NCBI GenBank assembly: GCA_030295235.1 | Contig: AP026123.1 | Location: forward strand, 310,001 to 374,000 | Reading direction: 5' to 3' | DNA length: 64,000 bases | From: Fistulifera solaris | Lineage: Eukaryota | Part shown: in pieces, positions 49,007 through 60,259 of the stretch | How positions within the stretch are numbered: the stretch's first letter is position 1 | How the letters are laid out: each line of letters starts with the position of its first letter | Notes under the pieces: generated by a model | What the model saw: the letters and a program-made list of their open reading frames with translations, nothing else | The model's database searches: none | What the model was told of the DNA's origin: nothing | Made by a program: the position numbers and the translations under genes

Positions 49007-51260
49007 TTAGTCTTTGTGAATCGGACACTTCCCTCGGCTGTCCACGTTTCCATCTTGTGAGTCGAAAGGCCTTCCGTTAGCATTGAATCCACGTTTCAGG
49101 TGCTGCATCTCCCACCAGCTTGTCGTCTTTTCTACACTTGTGGAGCTTTCACTTACGGACCGTGGTTTCATTTGCAATCCGTTCATTGTATGAATAGTAG
49201 CACCGGTTTTCATTCCAACATCTTCCGCAGGAATCGCGAGCTCAAAGTCCATTTTCTTCAACAAAACACTTAGCGTAACAGCTGCTTCCATCATTGCAAA
49301 TTGATCTCCAACACATTTTCGAGCGCCTCCTCCGAATGGTAAAAACGCAAAGTCAGCTGCTTGTTCATTCGGATACAAACCAGTTACTTTGTCCGGGTTG
49401 TAACCATCCCAGCCCCGGACAGAAGGATTCTGAAAAGGGCGATCCCATCGCGTGGGATCGAAACGCTCGGGCTCATCCCAAAGATCAGGAGAGCGATGCA
49501 AATTCCATGTACTGATGAACATATCCGTCCCACGGAGCACCTTAATACCTGAAGTGAGATCAGAGCCTCCCGACGGTAAATTATCTGCTTCGCGTGCCCG
49601 TCGAATTAAAACCGGAGGCTCCGGATACAAGCGGAGCGATTCAATCAAACAAAAACGTAATTTTTTCATGGCCACAATGTCATCGTAATCCGGACGATCT
49701 TTGTCCTTGAGGACGGTCCGCACTTCTTTTGAATTTCCTCCAGCAGAGCAGGCGGTCCGCGCGCTAATTCAAACAAAGTCCACGTGAGCATTGCAGCAGT
49801 GGTCTCGTGACCGGCTTCACATGAAATGAATCAAAAGCAACATGTAAGTGTTGTTTGCTTCGCAACAAGAGGTTCCACTTCCAAAATCATCACTTACCAA
49901 TCAACATAGTCATCAAGTCATCGCGAAGCGCTTTGCTCGACAAGTCCTCCCCGCGCATGTCAACTAAAAATCGTAAAAGACTCGGATCATCAGCATTGTC
50001 TCGTTCTTCCAGTTCCTCTACAGTTGCCTCACTTCGCGTTTCCACAGCACGATTGATCAAATCGGCCAAAATATCGTCTAACATGGTCATATCACGTCGG
50101 AATTCGACCTGTCCTCCCATCCATTGATCGGCGTAGGGCAAGTTCCAGTAAGGAATGAAACTACTGGAGCGGTGTTCGGCCTCACGCAAAACACGGTATA
50201 CAGCTTTGATAATTGGGCTTTCTTTTGTGACACTTCCAAAGTCGTAATTAAAGACGGCCTTGCCGATAATGTCCAAAGTCACACTGCAAAAGCGCTCCTC
50301 CATGTCCACAACATTGCCTTCTTTTGACTGCAAATCTTTCAAAAGAATGTCTGCCCGATCACCAAACATTCCAATCATTCGATTCAGCCATTTCTTGTGA
50401 AAGCCAGGAACAAGAGCACGACGTCGAACTTTCCATACGGCAGGGTTGGCGGGAATGAGGCCTTGACCCATGATAGGTTCAAGGATTTCGGCCAACATGC
50501 CTTTGCAATATTGTGTGACGGGGACATCGCGCAAGACATGTCTCGCCATGACCGGATCACTCACGACAAGAAACGCCTTCGGACCGAACGCTAAAGTAAA
50601 GATGGGGCCATATTCTTGGTAGTATTTCGCCAGGAGAAGAAACAATGGACCTCCAGCCAGTGTCTGCAGATCACCGCCAAGTACGCCTTTGATAAAGGAT
50701 AGAAATGAACCTTCGTATTTCTGGATGACAGCCGTCGGTACCGCCGCCATCCCCAGTGCTGGCCCTAGACCCACACTCGTTAACATTTGCACTGCAAACA
50801 ATTTCGCCACATCCAACGCCCCAACGGGCCGTGGTCCTTCATTGGGCGATGGTCTTGACCTCGAAACGAGAAAGTCAAACATACTCGGTTGTCTCACCCA
50901 ACTGCCATCATCACGCATGCGCAAACCGGCGAAATAACGACGAGCCTTTTCAATTTCCCAGTCAAAGCCAGATGCCGTCCGTTCGTCCCATTGTTGTAGA
51001 AGTTGAGCTTCGTACGTCGACGCGTCGAGTACTTCATTCCGACTGACCTCGCCTTTAAGACGCAATCGATTCGGAATTCGATCTTCGAATTGTCGCACAT
51101 CACTCTCTTCAACTGTTACTGTGCTCGTATCATTTTCTACCGAGGAACTAACAAAGCATTGCGTAGCAAACCGTGTCGTCGTTCTGCCGATCGTAAACGC
51201 CTCGGAGGAGTAGCAGGATAATGCCAACCAAAGGAGAGATTTTTGCCGTATTATCCTCAT
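49007..51260 (-). CDS. CYP97B: cytochrome P450 CYP97B-like (carotenoid hydroxylase family), plastid-targeted
   Basis: Motifs GPLFLLL, FGPKAFLVVSDPVMARHVLR, YCKGMLAEILEPIMGQGLIPA, LIAGHETTA, ESLRLYPEPP and FLPFGGGARKCVGDQFA. Intron 49815-49897. Frameshift near 49730. Signal ends SEA-F. Confidence 0.93.
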
Positions 51261-51674
51261 TTTTGCAACTCGTTGTATTCTCTTTTTATGCGACGATTTA
51301 CGATTGAAGATTGTCTTTTGGAAGAATCTTTTTTATCGTTCAAGACATCGGCCACGGTTCGGTGTTCGGTTTTTTCCTTCTTCCGATGCCGTCTCGAAGA
51401 GGTTGGAGGATGCTTGAACTTTCTAGCTGCATGACGCGTGTGCGGCGCTTGTGCGACGTGCGAGGCGTTTTGTGATGGGGGAGGAGAGAGAGTTGAATTT
51501 CAAAGCCGTCGCGCATCAACGAGAAGAAAACGTCACGCGCGCCCATCCTGCAGCTGAAACCGGTACTGGACTGCGTAAACTACACAATATCGTATATTGT
51601 GGCAGGCGCCCGTGAGAGGCGGAAAAGTTAAGGTTAAGGACATGAGAAAGAATACTACGTGACTCCGGAGTAGC

Positions 51675-54600
51675 CCGAATTCTGGAATCAGTGTCTAACG
51701 ACATAAGCTTAACAGAGATTCTGTATGGATTTTAAAAATTGTTTGCGGTCAAACAAAGACTCCTCCTCTGTTGTCGTTCCAGAAATTCTGGAATCGGATC
51801 AAACAGAGATTCTGTGTTCGATCAAGAAATTCTGGTCTAGTTGTTTTGAGTAATACAGAAATTCTGTATTAGTTCCAGAAATTCTGGAATCGGCAATTTG
51901 GGTCATACGAAAGAATGTGGTCGTTCCAGAAATTCTCAAATCGGTAATGTGGATAAAACAGAGATTCTGTGGTCGTTCCAGAAATTCTGGACTAGTTGTT
52001 GTGGGTCAAACATAGATTCTTTGGTCGTTCCAGAAATTCTGGACTAGTTGTTGTGGGTCAAACATAGATTCTTTGGTCGTTCCAGAAATTCTGGAATCAG
52101 TGTTTTTGGTCAAACAGAGATTCTGTAGTCTTTCCAGAAATTCTGGAATAATCGGTAATTTGGATCAAACAGACATTCTGTGGTCGTTCCAGAAATTCTG
52201 GACTAGTTGTTTTGAGTAGTACAGAAACTCTGTGGTCGCTCCAGAAATTCTGGAATCGGTAATTGAGTCATACGAAAGTCTGTGGTCGTTCCAGAAATTC
52301 TGGAATAGGTAATTTGCATAAAACAGAGATTCTGTGGCCGTTCCAGAAATTCTTGACTAGTTGTTTTGGTCAAAAGAGATTCTGTGGTCGTTCCAGAATT
52401 TCTGGAATCGGTGCTTTGGGTCAAACAGAGATTCTGTAGTTGTTCCAGAAATTTTGGAATAATCGGTAATTTGGATCAAACAGAGATTCTGTGGTCATTC
52501 CAGAAATTCTGGACTAGTTGGTTTGAGTAATACAGAGATTCTGTGGTCGTTCCAGAAATTCTGGAATCGGTGCTTTGGGTCAAACAGAGATTCTGTAGTC
52601 GTTCCAGAAATTCTGGAATCATTCCAGAAATTCTGGACTAGTTGTTTTGAGTAATACAGAGATTCTGTGGTCGTTCCAGAAATTCTGGAATCAGTAATTT
52701 GGGTCATACGAAAGTCCTTGGAGGTTCCAGAAATTCAGGATCGTTGTTTTTGGTCAAACATGGATTCTGTGCCCGTTCCGGAAGTTCGGGAATCGGTGAT
52801 TTGGCTCAAACAGAATTTCTTTGGTCGTTCCAGACAGTCTGGAAATTGTGTTTTGTAACGATCAGAGATCCGGTGGTCGTTCCAGAAATTCTAGAATCGG
52901 TAATTAATTTGGATCAAACAGAGCTGTGGTCGTTCCAGAAATTCTGGACTAGTTGTTTTGAGTAATACAGAGATTCTGTGGTCATTCCAGAAATTCTGGA
53001 ATCGGTAATTTGGGTCATACGAAAGTCTGTGGAGGTTCCAGAAATTCAGGAATCGCTGTTTTGGGTCAAATATAGATTCTGTGCCCGTTCCGGAAGTTCA
53101 GGAATCGGTGATTTGGATCAAACAGAATTTCTTTGGTCGTTCCAGACAGTCTGGAAATTGTGTTTAGGGACGATCAGAGATTCGGTGGTTCCAGAAATTC
53201 TAGAATAGGTAATTTGGATCATACGAAAGTTTGTGGTCGTTCCAGAAATTGTGGAATCGGTAAATGGGTTAAACATTGATTCTGTGGTCGTTCCAGAAAT
53301 TCTGGAATTGGTAACTTGTATCAAACATAATTTGTTTGGTCGTCCCAGAAATTCTGGTAAGTGTGTTTAGGAACAAACAGAGATTCATTGGTCGTTCCAG
53401 AATTTCAGGAATGTTGTTTTGGGGGCAAACAGAGATTCTGTGACTGTTCCAGAAATCAGGAATTGTTGTATTCCGTCGTACAAAAGTTTGTGGTGCGCCG
53501 GGATTCTGGAATCGGTAACTTGGATCAAACAGAATTTTTTTGGTCGTCCCAGAAATTCTGGAAAGTGTCTTTTGGAACAAACAGAGGTTCAGTGGTCGTT
53601 CCAGAAATTCTGGGATCGGTGATTTGGAACAAACAGAAATTCTTTTGTCATTCCAGAAATTCTGGAAAGTGTGTTTTGGATCAAACAGACAATTCTCTCG
53701 TTCCAGAAATTCGGGAAATGTTGTATTGGGTCCAAAAGAAATTCTGTAGTCGTTCCAGAAGTTCTGGAATCGGTAATTTGAGTGAAACAGAGATTCTGTG
53801 GTCGTTTCAGAAATAATAGAATCTATATATTTTTGACCAAACAGAGATGCGGTGGTTGTTTCAGAAATTCTGGAATGGGTGTTTTGAGGTCGAGCAGAGA
53901 TTCTATGCCCGTTCCAGAAATTCCGGAAAGTGTGTTTTGGAACAAACAGAGATTCATTGGTCGTTCAAGAAATTCTGGGATTGAAGCTTCGAGTCAAACA
54001 GCGATTCTGTGGTCGTTCCAGAAATTCAGGAATAATTGTTTCGGGTCAAATAGAGATTTCTGTGCCCGTTCCAGATATTCGGGAACTATTGTATTGGGTC
54101 AAACAGAGTTTCTGTCGTCGTTCTAGAATTTCTGAAATCTGTATTTTGGGACAAACAGAGGTTTTGTGGTCGTCCCAGAAATTCTGGATTCGGTAATTTG
54201 GGTCAAACAGAGATTCTGTAGTCGTTCCAGATATCCGGAATCAGTTTTTGGATCGTACATAGATTCTGTGCCCGTTCCAGAAATTCTGGAATGGTTGTAT
54301 TGGGTCATACGAAAGTCTGTGGTCGTTTCAAAAATTCTGGAATCTGTGGTCGTTCCAGAAAATCTGGAACTGTGCTCGTTCCAGAAATTCTGCACTAGTT
54401 GTTTTGGGTCAAACATAGATTCTGTGGTAGTTCCAGAAATTCTGGAATCGGTGATTTGTATCAAACAGAAAGATTCTGTAGTCGTTCCAGATATTCTGGA
54501 ATCGTCGTTTGGATCGTACATAGATCCTGTGCCCGTTCCAGAAACTAATTTGGAACAAACATAGATACTCTGTGGTCGTTCCCGAAATTCTGGAATCGGT

Positions 54601-55870
54601 GATATGGATGAAACAGAGATTCTGTAGTCGTTCCAAATATTCTGGAATCAGTTTTTTGGATTATACATAGATTCTGCGCCAGTTACAGATATTCTGGAAT
54701 GGCTGTATTGGATCATAGGAAAGTCTGTGTCCGTTTCAGAAAATTTGGAATATCTTTTGGCACAAACCGAGATTCGGTGGTCGTTCCAGAAATTCCGGAA
54801 TGGATAATTTTTGGTCGCATAGACACTCTGTGGTCTTTCCAGAAATTCCGGAATTTTATAATTTGGGTCAAATAGAGATTCTGTTGTCGTTCTAAAAATT
54901 CTGGATTCGGTGATTTGGACAAAACAGAATACTTTTGTCTTTCCAGAAATTCTGGAAAGTGTGTTTTAGATCTAACAGACATTCTGCCCGTTCCAGAAAT
55001 TCGGGAATTGTTGTATTGGGTCAAACAGAGATTCTGTAGTCGTTTTAGAAATAATAGAATCTATATTTTGGGACAAACAGAGATGCGGTGGTTGTTCCAG
55101 AAGTTCTGGAATGGGTGTTTTTGGGTCGAGCAGAGATTCTATGCCCGTTCCAGAAATTCCGGAAAGTTTTTGGAACAAACAGAGATTCAGTGGTCGTTCA
55201 AGAAATTCTGGGATTGAAGCTTGAGTCGAACAGCGATTCTGTGGTCGTTCCAGAAATTCAGGAATAATTGTTTTGGGTCAAACAGAGATTCTGTGCCCGT
55301 TCCAGATATTCGGGAACTGTTGTATTGGGTCAAACAGAGATTCTGTCATCGTTCTAGAATTTCTGGAATCTGTATTTTGGTTTTGTGGTCGTCCCAGAAA
55401 TTCTGGAATCGGTAATTTGGGTCAAACAGAGATTCTGTAGTCGTTCCAAATATCTGGAATCACTTTTTTGGATTGTATATAGATTCTGTGCTCGTTCCAG
55501 AAATTCTGGAATGGTTGTATTGGGTTCCAGATATTGTGGAATCGTTGTTTTGCGACATACAGAGATTCTTTGGTCGTTCCAGATATTCTGGAATCGCTGA
55601 TTTGTATCAAACATAGACTAGATTCTGTGCACGTTCCAGAAATTCTGGAATCTATATTTTGGCACAAACAGAGATTCGGTGGTCGTTCCAGAAATTCTGG
55701 AAATGGTTATTTGGGTCGAATAGAGACTCTGTGGTTGTTCCGAAAATTCTGAAATGGGTGTTTTGGGTCAAACAGAGATTCTGTAGTCGTTCCAGATATC
55801 TGGAATCAGTTGTTTGGATCATACATAAATTCTGTGCCCGTTCCAGAAATTCTGGAATGGTTGTATTGTT
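51675..55870. repeat. ~53-bp palindromic satellite array (roughly 75-80 monomers) with higher-order repeats
   Basis: Consensus CAAACAGAGATTCTGTGGTCGTTCCAGAAATTCTGGAATCGGTAATTTGGGT repeats continuously. The monomer count is estimated from array length divided by period. Confidence 0.97.
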
Positions 55871-57063
55871 TGTAGTGAACATTCATTGTTCGCAGAACAG
55901 ACGCTAAGAATTTATTCTGAAGTAATGAACACCATTATTTGTTCATAGACAGTCTCTACTAACAGCCACTAAATTCTCCGTGCGTAGTGAACAGTGAACA
56001 TTCAAGCTTGTCATAAAAGACCACTTGTTCTCAGACAGTCTACAGTCTAGCATTAATTGAATTTCCAAGATTTATCTACAAGCTTGTTCTGAAAGACTTG
56101 ATTCTTGAACAATGAACACCACTTGTTCATAGACAGGTGTTACCAGCAACAAATATATTAGCCCACGGGTCACAATTTTGGTGGGTCAAGTCACGCTTTA
56201 ACAACGGATATTTATTCGCCAAAATTGGCTAGAGGAATAAGGCTTTTTTGTAGGAACAAACGGTCAAGAAGCCGGCCGTCCATTTGACTCCAACGGAATA
56301 AATAAGCTCACTTTATAAGTGATACTGCATGCTTTCTTTCGACAAAAACAAATGATTTTTCATACATCTTAGTATTTCATTGATATTTTGAAATTTTTGC
56401 AACAATAACCTATAGTAGTAGTATCAATGACCTGTGGCGAGTCATTTAACATACATTCGACCAAAGTAAAGTCCATGGATTCTCAAAAATCCCACCCCCA
56501 CACCCCCTTGTCACAGCGAAAGTAAAACTTTTCGGACTGCGAGTACCACTGTGAATGTTAGGAGGTACAATAGAAAACATGACTAAACAGGACGGACTGT
56601 ATTTCAGTCACGAATAAACTTTAGGTGTGAGTTATATGATTCATTACTCACTACAGTCGATCCATTCGCACGCCTAGTAAGCTTCACCCGTCAAGTGATA
56701 GATAAGAATCTGATTGAACAGTATTTGAATTTTACTCGACGTTTCTTTACGGCGAAAAGCGATGCCGATGATGCTTTACTATATTTACTATAGCCTTAAT
56801 GTGTATGATCAACTTACCAAGACTGCATATAGTTTGCAGTCATGAATGAATAATCACCAGTCACCAGCTTCTTCCGTTCGATAAGCCTTAACCTTAGACG
56901 TCCGATGAAAACGGTACTGAGATTCTACTTCGGACTGTACAGTCAAGCGTCGCAAACGTCGACACTTCACGCACTCCCTTCGTGCTCGACCACGGCGGCA
57001 ATAACGCGCATTCCTCTCTTTGTGCTTCTTTTCCAAAGGTGCAATAAGAACTCACAATAAACC

Positions 57064-59629
57064 ATGTCTACGATCGAACATTTAGACGAAAGTAACGTTT
57101 GGTCGATATCGGTCAAAACATTCGGACCCGAAGTCCAGGCGAGCGGCGAAACAACCTCAAGGGAACGGGAGTTTGTGGTAGACGTGTCACCGGACGATGA
57201 CTTGCGTTCTTTGTATCACAAAATCGAAACTGTTACAGGCCTCAAAGCCTCGCAGCAACGACTTATTTACCGCGGTAGACTAATTGAAGGAATCAATGAA
57301 TCGCAACCGGAAGTGATTGTAGAATCATTCGAGGATGGGAAACCGAAAATGGATAAGGAACTTAAAATTAAAGACATTGTCGGTTTACAAGATGGGCATA
57401 CGATTCATTTGGTGCCGAAGCGCAATAACGGAGCATCAGAAAACACCAACACCTCAGATAGATCAAGTGATGAAGGCGCTAATAATGAAACGAATACGAG
57501 CGGTTCTTCTGCTTTTTTGAGTTCACTTTTGGGAACGAGTTCGGGAACAGAAGAGGCGGGGACTCCCGGTAGCGCAGCTCGACGTACGACTCGATCGACA
57601 AGGCTTGGATCTCGTCGACGAGCTCATTATCGGCTATCCTCTGAGGATCTTGAAATACCGGATGCGGGCTCCATGGAAGCCGTTCGACAGGGTTTGCTCA
57701 CCATGCACACGATTCTACCTCCAGCACTGCGGAATTTCTCTGCCGAGCAACAAACACAATCACCCTTAGAGGTCAACAGACGCTGGTACATTGGTCAGTG
57801 GATCGATTGTCGGGATACTGTTAATCATTGGCTAGAAGCTACAATCTCGGATATTGTTCTCCCGGATGAAATTCTTCCTCCACGCGAGGTAACGTCGTCG
57901 CGTTCAAAGCGTGGGCGTGCAGCTTTGTTGAATCCGACAAATGACCCTGTTGTCACCGGTACAGATTTGGAAGGGCGTCGTCGCTTGCTTCTTGAACCGT
58001 GTTTGGATGATGACAGCGATGACGAGGGCGGCGAGCTGGCAGGATTTCGTAGACGGGACAATACGGACGTTCAATTACTGTTGGTGCATTACAATGGCTG
58101 GCCGCATCGATGGGACGAATGGATTCGTAGCGACTCGGAGCGTATTCGTCCGTTTCGAGTTCGTACACGACACCCGGCTTCTTCTTCCACCGCTCTCCCT
58201 ACTCCGCAATCGGCCTTTGCTGACTCCCCAGATACGTTTATTCGACATTCCGATGAACAGCTCGATCGACGAGCATTGTTGCCCGAGTTAAGCCGCATGA
58301 TGGATACGATCAATACTCTACTTGCTTCTACTTCCCGTTCTGTTCATCAATTGCAGGAAGACGACGTTGAGCGTGAAACTGGGAAGATCCGCGCTTGCCG
58401 TGGTCGACTGCAGCGAACTGGAATAGGGATGAAGGAATTGCGGAAACTGGACAGCAAGCCACGCGTCGACAGCTGGAAGCTCTTTCACCTCTCATGGATC
58501 GTTTGGGAGGCTTTTAGTTGACGCGGCTCCTCATGTGGCGTCTCTTGCGGCGTCAATGGCGGTCGAGGAAACAAACGTCGAGGACGCCACGGCTGCGTCG
58601 GCGTCGATCGGCGATAGGACCAGTACACTAGGAGGATTCTTTTCCCTTTTGAATCATGATTATCGCCGCTCTGGTGCATCTAGCGAAGAAGCCACCGCGA
58701 TGTCTGAAGAAGATAGCGGCAGATCATTGGCACTCGCTACCCGACGCCTGCCGTCTCCTTCTGATGCTGGCAGTCCCATGGCTTTGTCGACTACTGAAGA
58801 GAACAATTCCGTTTCAAACGTAACCCAGACAACGACAGCACCGGAACCATGCCCGTCAGTTCACATTGATCCAGATTTTACCGACTTTGCTACAGGGGTA
58901 GTAAATACAACTCGGGGTGAGGTCAGAAGTGGACCACGCAGCAGACGTGGTCAAGGCGATGAATTTGCGGGTTTGCTAGGTGCCTATCTGGCAGCGGCTA
59001 GTTTGGCTGGTGCGATTGGAGAAGTTGACGTGGATGGAAATGACAATTTGACTGGACTAGCGCGTCTTTTGCGCGACAGAGGCACGGGCACTGGTGGCAT
59101 TGACATTCACATACACGCAGTTGTCACAGGGCCCGGAGGAGCAGGTGCAAACGGGGGCGTGAATGTGCTGGGACCTATTGGCGGTATAACTATGACAAAT
59201 ACCACCGATAGGGCGGTTTCGGAACCGAATGACAATACAGCAACAACTTTTGGGAATCTGTTTTCTTCGAGTCGCGAACGTCGCAACAATCAAAGTACAA
59301 ATCAAGCGACTATTCCTACAATGCAATATGACGAGGAAGACATGGGCATCTTCGAAGAGCTGTATTCTGAAACACCCGAACCGATTGATCCCAGTAGCTT
59401 GAATCCCTCGGAAGAGTCATCCGGAGGGGATCCTGGTGGGAACAGATGGGAAGGATCCGACGTGAATAGTCGAGCGTCTACAGCTGTGCGGCAAAACTCG
59501 AATCGAAATGCTTCACGTGCCCAGGGTGAGCAGTCGGCGTCAGAATCGCGTTCGCACCCGAGCAATGAGCAGCGACGCAGGCGCGGTTGGTTGAACCGAT
59601 TGTTTTCCCGTCGCAGCACAGGCCGATAG
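57064..59629 (+). CDS. ubiquitin-like domain plus chromo/Tudor-knot-like domain protein (BAG6-like architecture)
   Basis: UBL motif (LYHKIETVTGLKASQQRLIYRGRL...GHTIHLV), then WYIGQWIDCRDTVNHWLEATI...LLVHYNGWPHRWDEWI and IDIHIHA. Frameshifts near 58390-58520. Confidence 0.7.
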
Positions 59630-60259
59630 CCGGTTGATTAGCCGAACACTGAGTCTACGAAACGAGATTATAAAAACAGTCAAACACTTCTTTCTGAAGA
59701 ATGAATTGGAATGCCCGTGGGTTGCGGATTAAATGCTAACGACTGCTTTATGGCGCTTCATGCGCTATTGCTCACAGCGGCAATCTTCCGCACTCTGTAA
59801 CTTTGGCTACGCTAGAGCATAAATCTAATAGAGAATGAATCATTGTCGACGTTCTTGGTTGATATGCTAGGCTGACTGGAAAAGCGATTTTCCTAAGAAA
59901 AATTAGACCTAGTTCATAGAGAAACGTGCTGTTTGTTTTGTGTTATATCCCGTCCGATCGCAAAATGTATCTACAAAACGTGATCGCATCGCATAGAGCT
60001 TCGTTTTGCGTTTGACGTCTGACGTCGTCCGCGCGCGCAGCGCGCAGTCCGCACCTCCGTCGCTACGCCGTCTTTTTTTGCTGGTGGCCCTGCGGCACTG
60101 CATGGCATCCATTATTTGCATGATGCATGATTGCATCAGAGATCCAGAGAGTGTGGCTTTACCTTTGATGCATGTTTGCTTGAGACTGCCTATAGAAAAA
60201 TAAATACACAAATAAGGAAGGATCCGGCGTCGATAATTGTAAAAGCAAACCACCGCACA

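Noticed and set aside
51675..55870. CRISPR array (palindromic repeat plus variable segment)
   Set aside because: The variable segments are short, related to each other and recur in blocks. The repeats are degenerate, there are no cas genes, and the context is eukaryotic.
52203..55907. Repetitive ORFs (SRISGTTTES / VVPEILES / WSFQKFW) as proteins
   Set aside because: They occur in several frames on both strands with frequent stops and variable monomer length, so they are translations of satellite DNA.
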